Counted from the first letter of the stretch, positions 23,146 through 35,735 are shown. The stretch: 64,000 nt of DNA from Octopus vulgaris (GCA_951406725.2 OX597817.1:82522001-82586000); one strand, 5' to 3'. Program-made: numbers and translations. Notes: generated by a model not told the origin, from the sequence alone.

Positions 23146-23379
23146 AATAATAATAATAATCAATATTGATGGTTATGCTTCTGGAAAATTGTGATTTATA
23201 ACTTTGGTATTGGACCTGAAATTTCCGAAGAAAATTCAAGCATGCATTCCATTATTAATGACTGATAGTAAATTATTATTGATTCTGGAGGAATAAAAGA
23301 AAATTAAGTCACTCTTCAGTAGGATTTGATCCCAGTACCACAAGAGAACTAATTCTTAGGGTTGGAGATATACTGTGCT

Positions 23380-23600
23380 TGTGTGGGTCATAGTCATGGC
23401 CAAGGCCAGTGTCACGTCAATAGCATCCATGCCAGTGGCATGTAAAAAGCACCCACTTTTGGAATATTGTTAGTGATTAAGGAGGGGCATCTAGCTGTAG
23501 AAATCTTGCTAAATCAGATTGGAACCTGGTGCAGATCTATTCTTGACAGTTTTCAGTCAAACCGTCCAACCAACCCATGCCAACATGGAAAACAGGTCAT
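23380..23600 (+). mobile_element. Degenerate SINE family D
   Basis: ggcatgtaaaaagcaccca..gggcatctagctgtagaaa..catgccaacatggaaaac. Confidence 0.65.
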
Positions 23601-23639
23601 GAAAAGTTACGGAAAGGGTCATGAAAAGTTACAGAAAGG

Positions 23640-23812
23640 TGGCTGCTACATTCTGAGTTCAAATTCTACTGAGGTCGACTTTGCTTTTCATCCTTTTGGG
23701 GTCGATTAAATAATTACCAGTTACATACTGGGGTTGATGTAATCGACTTAATCTGTTTGTCCTTGTTTTCCCCCTCTGTGTGTAGCCCCTTGTGGACAGT
23801 AAAGAAATAAGA
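23640..23812 (+). mobile_element. SINE family B fragment
   Basis: ttctgagttcaaattc..gtcgactttgcttttcatcc..gtaaagaaataag. Confidence 0.8.
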
Positions 23813-24535
23813 AAGGGTCATAGCTCAACTAATTAGGAATCTGATGAATTTAGATGAAATGCAGTTTGGATTGTGCCGGTAATTTGATACTTTAATTTGA
23901 TGCTTTAATTACTTATATCTAAGGCATCTCCTTCAAATTTGTAATAGTTGCCTACAATGCAGTTACATGAGTTGTTAGGTATGGCCCCTTCTTGGACGAC
24001 CTGATAAACTACAAGGGTGACTAGGCCATATCACACTTCATCAGATATTATTTTAAGTATGTCAATGGTAATTCCTGATGGGCTAGGGTTTTCCCTGTTT
24101 TCTTATCCTTAATAACCTTATCTACCATACTGCTGTCAACTCAGATAGCTGGTCCCTCTGCTAGATCCACATTAAGAAGATTCTCCTCCTATGTATTCTC
24201 TTCATTTGGCAGCCATTGAAGATTTGCACAGTCCTCTGGCTTTTCATGTCCTGTCAAACCAAAGTGCATGCCAGCATGAAAAATAAACATTAAACGAGGA
24301 TCATGATCAAAAGTGTGTGTGTGTGTGTTTGTGTACATGAGTGTTTATTTCTGCACATCTAAATATTAATCCTATTTGAGCGTCAGTGAAGTTAGGCTTA
24401 CATCACCCATAAATACAATACTTGATAGTTTTAGCAGTTTCTATGAGATGACCATTGGAATAAAAATTTCTTTCTTGTAAAATAGTGGTGCATGTGAAGC
24501 ATTAAGCAGACACTCAGGGAAGGAAAGAATGGTGG

Positions 24536-24569
24536 GTTTACGTTTCAAGCAAAGCCCTTCTTCAGAAAC
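24536..24569 (-). ncRNA. Minimal (Penelope-type) hammerhead motif, degenerate
   Basis: Minus strand GUUU-CUGAAGA-AGGGC-UUU-GCUU-GAAA-CG-UA-AAC; palindromic ACGU stem III; in a ~180-bp module abutting (TA)n at 24642. Confidence 0.55.
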
Positions 24570-24654
24570 AGGAGACAGAGGGAAGTCCAATAGCATAGGA
24601 AGACAGAGGGAAAAAAATCGCAAACGATTCACATGTGGTTACATATATATATAT

Positions 24655-24940
24655 CATCATCATCATCATCATTTAACGTCCGCTTTCCATGCTAGCATGG
24701 GTTGGATGATTTGACTGAGGGCTGGTGAACCAGATGGCTGCACCAGGCTCCAATCTTGATCTGGCAGAGTTTCTACAGCTAGATGCCTTTCCTAACGCTA
24801 ACCACTCTGAGAGTGTAGTGGGTGCTTTTACGTGCCACCGGCATGGGGGCCAGTCAGGCAGTACTGGCAACGACCTCGCTCGAATCTTTTTACACATGCC
24901 ACCGGCACAGGTGCCAGTAAGGTGATGCTGGTAACGATTA
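24655..24940 (-). mobile_element. SINE family D (RTE-like tail ..GTTAAA(C)GATGATGATG)
   Basis: catcatttaacgtccgctttccatgctagcatggg..gatgcctttcctaacgc. Confidence 0.8.
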
Positions 24941-26399
24941 CTTTTATTTTATTTCTTACTTTATTTTTTAACTTTTATCTTTTATTTTCTTTCTATCTTA
25001 TACACGCTAATTAAATTTAGACTCAATCCAATCTATTTAACATTCACTCTATGCTGAATAGTGGTACAGTATAGTATACTCTGTAATATCTGTATGATGA
25101 AGTGGACAGTTTCAAGTCAAGTGTTGTGATATAGTTGAATGCTAGTCATGGGATGCAAGCCTACAAAATCTGCAGTTAAAAGTCTTGAAGTTATCCAGTT
25201 CTTAAAGAGCATTCAATTACTTTCTATTGAAAATATGTGCGAAAATAATTGTTTGTAATATAGAATGACATGCTCTATTAAGTAAAACATTGCTGATCAT
25301 TTACAACTAGGTGAAGTGAGAGAGCAAGATTTAAGTATCTTGACCATGGAAATAAATGTGTCACTAATAGTATTTAAAAAAAAAAACTGTCACTTGTTAA
25401 TTCAGCCAACTGTAATTCTACAGAATGACAAATTACTTGCTCTTTATTTTTTTCTTTCTCTCTTAACCCAAAACGTTCATGTTTTCTCTCTGATTCTGAC
25501 ATTAACATTTAATGAATTAACAAGCATCATGATGCAGCAACCTATACCTGATAATTTACCGATGACATTCTGAGAGAGTCATGTCTTTTTAACTTTTATC
25601 ACATAAGTCTCTTTGAGATGTTTGTCTGAGACAAAATACTACAGCTAGTACCATTTCAAGTTTGTATAGACATGATAAATGCTATACATGTCACTAATTT
25701 AGTCTGTAAAATATTTTAAATAGTTTATTCTTTATCTTTATCTTTTTCTTTACCTTTCTGAAGGTAATTCCTATGGCAGTTAATGAGCTGAATTACTAAA
25801 TGAAATATAAAGTCAACAATAATAATAAAAAAGAAGCATGTGTTTGCACTTTGTATACAAAAGGACAACAGAAGACCATCATTGTTTTGTTGTACTTCTA
25901 TGCAATTGACAGTTGCATCGTACTTAAATTATGGAGTAGATAATGTCAACAAGTTTATCCAACTCTAAATAATACATAATCAATAGTCAGGTGGTAAGGA
26001 TTGTTAGAAGAGAAAGTTAAGTCCTGGAAAACTGAGTTATGATTGGTTTCAATTACCATCAGATGGTCTATCTATCTATCTATCTATCTCTATCTATACT
26101 CTAACATATATAATATGTTGAATGTGAACACAAAAAAAAATTCAATTTATTTATACAATAGTCAATTTCATGTTGCCTACATAAATATGCATGAATATAT
26201 GTCAATTTAGCCTGAAAGACATTTTTAGCTTTTGAATTCATAATGCAATTTTGAATGTAAAATATGAATGAAGGTGAGAATTGAAACGTCTGCAGGTGAC
26301 ATGATATCGACAATTATATAAATAAACTGATTTTTCTGTGTTCACACTCTCCATTTTCTTTATGTTGTATTATTAAATTCTGTTTAATTATGTTTAAAT

Positions 26400-27837
26400 G
26401 GGGGAGTGAAGTTATTGGAGCATGTAATGAAGGTAGTGGAAAGGGTGTTGGAAAGGAGAATGTGGAAGGGGGTGGATGTGGACGAGATGCAATTTGGTTT
26501 ATGCCAGGTAGGGGGACAATAGAGGCAGTGTTCATTGTAAGGAGATTGCAAGAGGAATACTGAGATAAGGAGAAGGAGTTGTACATGTGCTTTGTTGATC
26601 TGGAGAAGGCATTTGATAGGGTTCCAAAGAAGGTGCTCAAGTGGGCATTGAAGAAGAGAGGTATACTACAGGTAATAGTAAGGGCAGTGATGAGTGTGTA
26701 TGAGGGGGTAAAGATGAGTCAGATCAGAGCTATCAGAGGAGTTTGCGGTAAAAGATAGTGTGCATCAGGGATCTGTGTTGTCACCGTTGTTGTTTGCAAT
26801 AGTGGTTGATGTGGTGACGGAGAGTGCAAGAGAGGGATTGATAATGGAAATACTGTATACAGATGACTTTGTTCTGATGAGTGAGATGATGGAGGGATTG
26901 AGGGAGAAGTTTTCGAAATGCAAGGAGGTGTTTGAAAGCAAGGGTTTGAAGGTAAACCTCAGGAAGACAAAGGTGATGGTGAGCAGGGCGGAAGGAGAAG
27001 TATTAGTGAATAAGGTGGATCCGTGTGATGTATGTGGGAGGAGGGTAATAGCAAATGCAGTGTTGTGTATGAGATGTGAGCAATGAATTCATGGTAGATG
27101 TATGCAAATGAAGAAGGTGACCCCAAGACTGGCAAGGGATTTTATTTGTGGAAGATGTGAGAAAGGAGATGGAGGGTTGGCGGAACCAGTGGAAACGCTA
27201 TGTGACGAGGTAGAAATGGTAGGATGGTTTTATTATTTGGGAGATAGGTGGGATGTAAGTGGTGGATGTGAAGCAGCTGTGACAGCAAGAGCAAGACTTG
27301 GCTGGGTGAAGTTCAGGGAAAGTGGAGCATTGTTATATGGGAAAAAAGCTCTCATTAAAGATGAAAGGAAGAGTCTACAAGAGTTGTGTGAGAGTTGCAA
27401 TGCTGTATGGGAGTGAGACATGGTGTTTGAGGGAGAGAGAGATGATAATTTTGAGGACTGAGAGAGCAATGGTGAGTGAAATGTGTGGGGTGAAGCTGTT
27501 TGATAAGAGGAAGACAGACGATTTGATGGGAATGCTGGGGTTGGAGAAATTGGTGCAATGGTTGACAAGGGCAAATGACGTGAGGTGGTATGAGCATGTG
27601 TTGAGGAGGCATGAAGAGTATGTTCTGAGGAGATTGTCTTTGAGGTAAATGAACTGCGAAAACGAGGTAGACTGAGGAAAAGGTGGAGGAGGAGATTGGG
27701 AGGGTTGGTTTGAAAAAGGAGGACACCCAAAACTGGGTGAGATGGTGTGAGGGTGGTTGCTATGACATTGAGATAGATCCAGCCACCCCTGTTAACGGGG
27801 ACAAAACCTGGATTTAAAACAGTGGATGATGATGATG
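26400..27837 (+). mobile_element. 5'-truncated RTE-clade LINE (RT pseudogene + (GAT)n tail)
   Basis: GVKLLEHVMKV, EMQFGFMPGRGT, FVDLEKAFDRV, HQGSVLSPLLF, LYTDDFVL, FYYLG, MLYGSETW, RWYEHVLRR; tail gatgatgatgatg. Confidence 0.92.
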
Positions 27838-28009
27838 TTCTCCTGTATTGGATAGATGAAAACATCTATAATGACAACTGGAACCTTTTAAGTGTTAAGC
27901 ACTAATGTCAAAGGAGAACCATCAATAAACACTAATACTAACAGAAATTATCAAATTTCAGGAAAATTAATTGATATGGAAATAAACCACTGTATGCTTG
28001 GGTGAAATG

Positions 28010-28265
28010 CATGTCAGTGGCACATAAAAAGCAACATCTGATTGTGGTCAATACCAACTCCTCTGGCCCCTGTGTCGGTGGCATGTAAAAAGCACCCACT
28101 ACACTCTCAGAATGGTTGGTGTTAGGAAGGGCATCCAGCTGTAGAAACACTGCTAGATCAGATTGGGGCCTGGTGCTGCCTCCAGGCTTCCCAGAGCCCA
28201 GTCGAACCTTCCAATCCATGCCATCATGGAAAACGGATGTTAAACGATGATGATGAATGATGATG
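28010..28265 (+). mobile_element. SINE family D
   Basis: gtgttaggaagggcatccagctgtagaaac..gttaaacgatgatgatg. Confidence 0.8.
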
Positions 28266-28422
28266 ACAGACGACTTTGGAATCTCCTGTGACTCTTCTGA
28301 ATGATCTCCTTGTTGAAGTTGGTGAATGCTGCCATAATCCTTGCCTTCAGTTCATCTTTGGTGTTACAAGGAGTTTCGTTGGTCTCTTGCTCAACTGTGC
28401 CCCACACATAATAATCAAAGAG
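28266..28422 (-). mobile_element. DD37D/maT transposase 3' fragment
   Basis: LFDYYVWGTVEQETNETPCNTKDELKARIMAAF, near-identical to 48770-48920. Confidence 0.85.
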
Positions 28423-28924
28423 GTGTCTATGTGTCAGAGTTTGCCCCCCACCACTGCTTGACATCTGTTGTTGGTGTATTTATGTCCCCATAGCTTAGCA
28501 GTTTGGAAAAAAAGATCAATAGAATAAGTACCCAGCTTGGAAAACAAATGCACTTTAGTCAATTTATTTGACTAAAACTTCTTCAACGCAGTGCCCCAGC
28601 ATGGCCACAGTTTAATGCTTGAGACAAAGTAAAAGATAAAAGATTATATATTATTGATACCTTTGCAAAAAAACAAAAAAAATTGAATATAACAACTAAA
28701 TTTTCTTCACATGATTACAGTCAGTCACTAATGCATTTATGAAGGGTACAAATGTCAACTATTAATTTACCATTTCCTCAAGAAATCTTTCATGCTGTTT
28801 GTAATTTTATGTAAAAAACTTGAAATAATTCTTTATATCATATGCTTTGTATTTACCTTGAAAAAATTATGTTCAATCTATAAAGTATAGGCTTCCTCAA
28901 ATATAATATTAAAGTTCAGGGACG

Positions 28925-29320
28925 TAGGCATAGGAGTGGCTGTGTGGTAAGTAGGTTACTTATGAACCACATGGTTCCGGGTTCAGTCCTACTGCGTAGC
29001 ACCTTAGGCAAGTGTCTTCTACTATAGCCTCAGGCCGACGAAAGCCTTGTGAGTGGATTTAGTAGACGGAAACTGAATAAAGCCTGTCATATATATGTAT
29101 GTATGTATATGTTTGTGTGTCTGTGTTTGTCCCCCAACATTGCTTGACAACTGATGTTGGTGTGTTTACATCCCCGTAACTTAGCAGTTCGGCAAAAGAG
29201 ACCGACAGAATAAGTATTAGGCTTACAAAGAATAAGTCCTGGGGTCGATTTGCTCGACTAAAGGTGGTGCTCCAGCATGGCCAAAGTCAAATGACTGAAA
29301 CAAGTAAAAGAGCAAAAGAG
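28925..29320 (+). mobile_element. Full-length SINE family A
   Basis: Head ggagtggctgtgtggtaag..gggttcagtcc, internal (TA/TG)n, tail gaaacaagtaaaagag. Confidence 0.9.
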
Positions 29321-29589
29321 ACCATGACAAAGAGTCATAAGCAGTGCTACACATCCTAACTATCTTTTATCATGAACTTATTTCAGTCGATGGATTGGGA
29401 CCATGATAAGGCACTGTCTTGAAAGGGTTTTGTTGAACAAATTCACCCTAGTACTTACCTTTTTTTAAAGTCTTTAACTTAAACTCTCTGTCTCTTTTGT
29501 TAAATTTCTAAGTTACAGGGACTTAATACCATTTGTAAAGCAGTGAAGTGGGGAGAAAAACATAGACACAAAGATACACAGACATATGG

Positions 29590-29915
29590 CCAGTGCTGGT
29601 GACACATAAAGGGCACTCATGTCAGTAACATGTAAAAGGCATCTGTGCCGGTGACACATAACAGGCACCTGTGCTGGTGACATGTAAAATTACTCCTGCC
29701 GGTGGCATGTAAAAGGCACCAATGCCGGTGGCATGTAAAAGGCACATATGCCAGTAGACATGTGAAAGACACCTGGTACACTCAGTGGAGTGGTTGGCAT
29801 TATGAAGGGCATCGAGCAGTAGACACCAAGTAAAAACAGACTGGAGCATGGTGCAACTCTCCAGCTTACTACTTCCAGTAAAAAGGTGTAACCCATGCAA
29901 ACATAGAAAATTGAT
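29590..29915 (+). mobile_element. SINE family D with internal ~22-25-bp tandem repeats
   Basis: Repeated gccggtggcatgtaaaaggcac-like units, then agtggttggcattatgaagggcatc. Confidence 0.65.
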
Positions 29916-30216
29916 ATATATATGTCTGTTTATATATGTATATACTGAAGGTGTATGTGTATACGATGAGCTTCCATACAGTTTTTGCCAACCAAATTCA
30001 TTCCTAAAGCATTAGCTGTCCTGGGCCCAAAGTAGAACAAACTTGTTTAAGGTGTTACAGTGGGATTGAACCTATGTGATTGCGAAATGAGCTTCTTAAC
30101 CACACAGCCATATAAGAACAAAAAAGGCTATTTCTGGAAATAAATATGAAATTATAACAACAAAAAAAGGTGGGAAATACTGAAAATATTTCATATAAAT
30201 CAACTAAAAAAATATA

Positions 30217-30222
30217 TTTATT
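30217..30222 (-). terminator. Putative polyadenylation signal AATAAA
   Basis: tttatt on + strand, ~95 nt downstream of the TGA of the terminal exon. Confidence 0.5.
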
Positions 30223-30315
30223 TAAAAAGTTACACCATTTTATGATTGGATGATTTTTAACGTCAAAGAGTATTTCAGGTCTTATATGTACAAGAACAAC
30301 AGAAGAGAATATTTC

Positions 30316-30517
30316 TCAGACAATATTAAATATAGAACATTTAATATCAGCCTTTCTGAGTCGTGATAGAGCATCAGCTGGTGGCAGATCATCAGCTTTT
30401 GGCAAGGTTTCTTCTGTTGCTTTAAAGACCCAAAGCAGTATCTTCTGAACTGAAAGGCTGTTCATTTCAGGCTCTATCTTCAGAATAATATTTTCAAGGT
30501 CCTTCACTGAAATATTT
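30316..30517 (-). CDS. TSNAXIP1: Terminal coding exon resembling the C-terminus of translin-associated factor X-interacting protein 1
   Basis: Strong acceptor (pyrimidine tract ..ttctttctgctAG, AG at 30518-30519, phase 2); NISVKDLENIILKIEPEMNSLSVQKILLWVFKATEETLPKADDLPPADALSRLRKADIKCSIFNIV* aligns, as recalled, with the vertebrate TSNAXIP1 tail (VTLPKL..IDPSLD..AF..ALERLQVIDIRR); non-repetitive. Confidence 0.7.
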
Positions 30518-30602
30518 CTAGCAGAAAGAAAAATAACAAAAGGAAGAAAAATATCAATAAACACTTTATATTACAAAACTGTACATAAAACTAGAGCCAA
30601 AA

Positions 30603-31835
30603 ATGGGTCATCCCATAAATAAAACACTTTTTTTTAAATAATTCTTTTATTTTTCAAAATTAAGATAGACAGAGTTCTTGTGTAATCTAAAATATACTCT
30701 CCTTCATTTTCTACATGTATCTGTTAGACTTGCAAGGCCCCTCTTCCAAAGTTCACTTGCCCGTGATGAAAAATACTCCTCCACTACTGTTCTGACCTTG
30801 TCTACAGAATTCATATTTTTCTGTCCAAATAATTGTGAAGACTGCAGAATACATGATAATCAGACGGAGCAATGTCCAGTGAATATGGTGAGCAGGACAT
30901 CATTTCCCATTCAAACAGCTCCAACCTTTGGAATGTCATCCTTGCTGTATGTGGCTGAGCATTATCCTGATAGAAGAACACCTTTCGTCTTGAAACCAAA
31001 GATGGTAATTATTCTTCTAGTGCTGATTTAAATCACTCAAGCTGCTCACAGTAGTTATCATTTGGTTTGGATTTAAAAGTTCTAACTGGACTTAAACTTT
31101 CATATCCCACCAGACAGATAACAACACCTTACATGGGTGGAAACCTTCTTTTGTCTGGGTGCCGGTGTTTCCCTACCAACTGTCTTCAGTGCTTGATATT
31201 TTTAATTGAGAACCCATTTCTTGTCACCAGTCACTATTCGCTCCAAAAAAGGTTCATTCGTGAGATGTGACAGCAACAAAGATCATACATTCACTCTGTG
31301 TGCAATTAGGCTTGGAACGTTTGTAAAGAACCCAATGACCCAATTTGCTGACTTTTCTGAAAGCACACAGGTGTCAATGATTGATTGAATGACCAAATCG
31401 AAGCGTCTCTGCTAGCTCCTTAACAGTTACAATGAGATTTTCTTCCATCAGGGTTTGCAGGACATCTTCATCGAGCTCTACAGATCATCAAGGATGAGGC
31501 TCGGCTTCTAGGCTGTAGTTTCTGGCTCGGAATTTCTGAATCCACCATTGATACTGGCTTCCGCTTATTGTCCAATCCCCATATACTGCATTAATAGTAC
31601 TTGTGCTTTCTGTTGCATTGTTGCCTTTATTGAACTCATAAAGCAAATTATGCTGAATATGCTCTTTTGTCACTTCCATTATAGCTTTGAAATAATAACT
31701 TAAAATATCTGCACTCTTCAAAACTTGCACTAAGAATAAGTACAAAGTAAAATTACTACCTGCTTTTATAGCAAGTTGATGCAGACTTTTAGTTCCTACA
31801 ATTGATAAAACCGCATTATCTATGGGATGACTCAA
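30603..31835 (-). mobile_element. Mariner transposon with disrupted DD34D transposase (ATG ~31679)
   Basis: TIRs tgggtcatcccataaataa / ttatctatgggatgactca; MEVTKEHIQHNLLYEFNKG, YQDNAQPH, SPYSLDIAPSDYHVF. Confidence 0.9.
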
Positions 31836-32954
31836 TATATAAAGAAATAAAAAATCCCAGGCTTGGATTCATTGCGAAAAAGTACATCAATATATGTAAT
31901 TTGAAAATTTTCACTTCATTTTAAAATTTCCAAATCTTTGACAACAGAAAAGATCTCCCTCTCTCTATCTCTCTGTTTATCTTTCATTTTTTTATGGTAC
32001 ACTTTCTCATCCTCTATAAAACTATATCACTCATGCTGAGTGTGTGTGTGTGCGTGTTTGTCAGTGGTCAAGTATGCATGTGGTTTAAAAAGGTATGTAA
32101 AATGATAATTGATTTCAATAGCATACTTTTCTGTTAGTAAATGTTTTTCTTATACACACAAACACATATGGACTTGCTTGGTGCAGGGTAGAGGTTAAAG
32201 ATTTAAATAATTTTTTTTTTTTGCTTTTGCTTAAATCCCAGAAATGAACCACTACATCATCATTCCATAAAATGTGTTTAGGGGAGAAAAATATTGGAAA
32301 ACATCAATATATGTCAGAATGACAAAAGAACAGGGAAGGTACCAGGAAGTTGTGAGACTCGCTAGAAACAACAGCTAAATATCCCCTAAATCACACACTG
32401 TTTAATCAGAAAATTATGTTGAAATTATAAATAGAAGCAAATTACAGATTTGGACTATCTGTATTTTATAAGTATGATTGAAAAAGATTTGAAAAAAAGC
32501 TGAAATTTTAGAATTTATTGGGCAGGGGTTAATGAAAATGTTTTTTTAAAAATTTCACTGTTGATTTTAAATTGTTTCGTTTTCTGTTTGAAAATAAAGG
32601 GAGGACTGTAATGGTGATTGCCAGTTGCCTAAATTTCTATTTTGTTGATCTTCAAGGCTTTTCCTATTGTTTCTATGTAGTGTAAAAAAAAAAATTAGAA
32701 AAAGAAAAGACAAATGTGGGTATTCATTAATTTTCAAAAAAACAAATTTTTCATAAAAAGCTTTCCTCCATCATTTGCACGGATGTGGTGAAAAAAGATT
32801 ATCAAAAATCCTTGTCACAATGGAGAAAATCCAACTTATATGGATGTGCTATTCTAAAAGTCTGCCAAAGCATTCTATTGTGAAAATTACCTAGCACCAA
32901 CAGGATATTCAGCTAAAATATAACATACATGTATATATAATAATTATATATATA

Positions 32955-33474
32955 CCATAAATCCTTGAGTATAATCCGCATTTTTTCCCAAAATTTAAAG
33001 GTCAAATTCTTTAGTGTGTACTATATACGAGGGTAAAAATCAAAAATATTTTCTAAGCAATATCTGAGTCTCTATTTGCTGTCCGGCAATGTTTATTCAG
33101 ACACATTTTGTGATGTCGGGTGCGAAAATACCTTAAGCTAAGCCTGAAAGCAATGAAGTCATAAAAGAATCATCCATAACTTGCAGTAAGCAACATTTAT
33201 TAAAATAAAAGTATTCAGAACACAGAATAACATATAACAAAAACAATTTGCAAACATATTTACCTTCCCATATAACAGTTAAGAACATCACCATTATTGT
33301 ATTACGCATGCGCGGAAGTGTTTGTTCGACTAGGTGCTGCTGGTTTAATTACACAAGACTCAAGTTGGAGAAGGGGTGCGTATTATACACAAGGTTTAGG
33401 TTTTTCAGAGGTACAACCCCCTAGAAATCCCTTGCGTATTATACTCAAGGGCGGACTATACTCGAAGATTTACA
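32955..33474. mobile_element. Second copy of the ~515-bp Tc1/mariner MITE
   Basis: Collinear with 7526-8039; flanked by TA. Confidence 0.9.
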
Positions 33475-33589
33475 TATATAAACTTATATATATATATATA
33501 ACAAAGTAAAACTGAAAGGTACTGCATGAGTGATAATATATAGAGAAGAGGATTTGAAAATGCAGAGGTCTTTTAAAGATGTTTATTGA

Positions 33590-33630
33590 TTTGACTGGTT
33601 TCACTTCTTTAAAAAAAGATTTTTCAAAAG
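33590..33630 (-). ncRNA. Degenerate hammerhead-like motif (U3:A8 core)
   Basis: Minus strand CUU-UUGAAAA-AUCUUU-UUUU-AAAGAAGU-GAAA-CCAG-UC-AAA; ~90 nt from (TA)n. Confidence 0.35.
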
Positions 33631-34469
33631 TAAAGTGTAGGCTTTGTGGTATTAAATATTAAAGACGTATTAAAATGCAGCGATACAATCTTTGACAATG
33701 ATAAGAAAATGTTAAGAGAGGCTTTGCGTTTAAACAGTTTACATAAAAGTGTTAAAATAGGCAAGTAAAATAAATTCATAATTGTTTATAAGTTCACCAG
33801 AAACCATATTTGTTTACAAGCATATATACAGAAAGAATTTGTAGACAGTATTTGATAGGAGAAAGTGTGTATTGCTTGATCAAAACTTCATCAGGTATCA
33901 TAATTTTTTATAAGAATTTTAGGGGAATAACTAATCTTTTTTCTTCCCCTCCAGTCTGAAAATGAACAAATGAACAAAGTTGTTTGTACATGAATAAAAT
34001 TCTGTTTGACAAGTTTGAGAAACGAACAAAAGCACTAATAATAATGAAGAAATAAAAAGATATTTTTCCAAAATTTTGACAACTTTTTTCTCAATATATG
34101 TGTATGTATGTGTGTGTGTGAATGCATACTTATATGTGTTTATATGTACGTGTATATGTATATATATATATATCTACATGTGTGTGTGTACACGTACACA
34201 CACATGTAGATATATATATATATATACATATACACATTTTATGGATGACATTTTCAACTGAGACATTACAATCATATGTGATTCTTCAAGTGCTTCAATT
34301 CTGTGCATGTACAATATATTTATTAGATTGCTGACATTTATTAATGGTTTATCCCATTGTGTTCATGTGCCATTTTCTATCATTAATAAAACTGCCGGCA
34401 GTTTTGCCAACACAGGTATGCTGACATATATATATATTGTAATATAAAATAAGATAAAATAATATATAT

Positions 34470-34531
34470 ATACACTGTTGTGTCTGGGGAGAGTCATTTT
34501 CTTTTTGTGCCTTATAATCCAAAAACGAAAC

Positions 34532-34532
<1 letters not shown>
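34470..34532. mobile_element. Tiny rearranged remnant of the 47348-47696 element family, inside (TA)n
   Basis: ctgttgtgtctggggagagtcattttctttttgtgccttataa joined to inverted tccaaaaacgaaa. Confidence 0.7.
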
Positions 34533-34569
<37 letters not shown>

Positions 34570-35249
34570 TAGTATGTGTTAGTATGTACATATGTATATC
34601 TAAATCAATCAGTCAATCTATCAATCTATTCATCTATCTATCTATCTATCTCACCATCCTCTCTCTCTCTACATACATACATTTGTGTGTGTGTATGCTA
34701 GCAGTAGTACCAAATCTTGCTTGGGCTTTATTAATAACTAAAGTAAACACAACCACATTAATCCACTATAATTCAAAGAGATTGTTTTAAAATGTGGCTG
34801 AGACTATCTTCACTTGGTTCAAGGATGTATCATCAAAGTCAAACAAAAAAATTGTTTAAGTCGTGCTTCATAAAATGCTCAAAAAGTATAAACAAACAAA
34901 TATAAAAACTTCAAATATAATTTTACTCTTGCATTTGTTTGATTTCTTAGAAACATGCTTTTTCTCAAAACACAACACTAATTAACATAACTGCTTTGAA
35001 TGTATCACTTTGTAATTAATAGCTTTTGTCTAATGTCTATTACAGCATTTCAGAGAATATCATGCTCTTAATTTTAAATTATTCTTTACAAAGAATATAA
35101 AAGAAAGTCGTTACATGGCCCTTCATTTTCTCTTTGAAATTATGTACTCTTATACAAAATGTTAGGTCCCTGAGTGCAAAATAATGACTTACAGCTACTT
35201 GAAGCATGCATGCACACATACAACAAATTACACACACACACATATGTAC

Positions 35250-35735
35250 AGATGTGTGGTAGTGTGGGTTAGAAGTTTGCTTTCCAATCATGTTTGTCCT
35301 GGGTTCAGTCTCACCGTGTGGTACCTTGGGCAAGGGTCTTTTTTTGTAACACTAGAACAATCATGTGAAAGCGCATGGTTCAGTGGTTAGAGCATCGAGC
35401 TTACCATCATGAGGTTGTGAGCTCGAATCCTGGACTGGGCTGTATGTTGTGTTCTTGAGCAAAACACTTTATTTCACGTTGCTCCAGTTCACTCAGCTGT
35501 AGAAATGAGTTGCGACGTCATAGGTGCCAAGCTGTATTGGCCTTTGCCTTTCCCTTGGATAACATCAGTGGTGTGGAAAGGGGAGGCTGGCATGCATGGG
35601 CGACTGCTGGTCTTCCATAAACAACCTTGCCGGGACTTGTGCCTGGGAGGGTAACTTTCTAGGTGCAATCTCACGGTCAGAACAATCAAAGCCTTGTGAG
35701 TGAATTTTATAGAGGGAAAACTGAAAGAAGCACAC
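35250..35735 (+). mobile_element. SINE family C (third tail type, ~35370-35680) nested in SINE family A
   Basis: Family A head 35250-35350 resumes at aaagccttgtgagtgaatt ~35688; the same tail occurs at 43935-44055 and 59935-60255 (-). Confidence 0.75.

Noticed and set aside
23815-23880. CTGATGA..GAAA as a hammerhead
   Set aside because: It is an RTE coding remnant (QLIRNLMNLDEMQFG) with no stems
25720-25770. Polypyrimidine tract + AG|GTAATT as a recursive splice site on + strand
   Set aside because: Weak AAG acceptor and no + strand gene evidence
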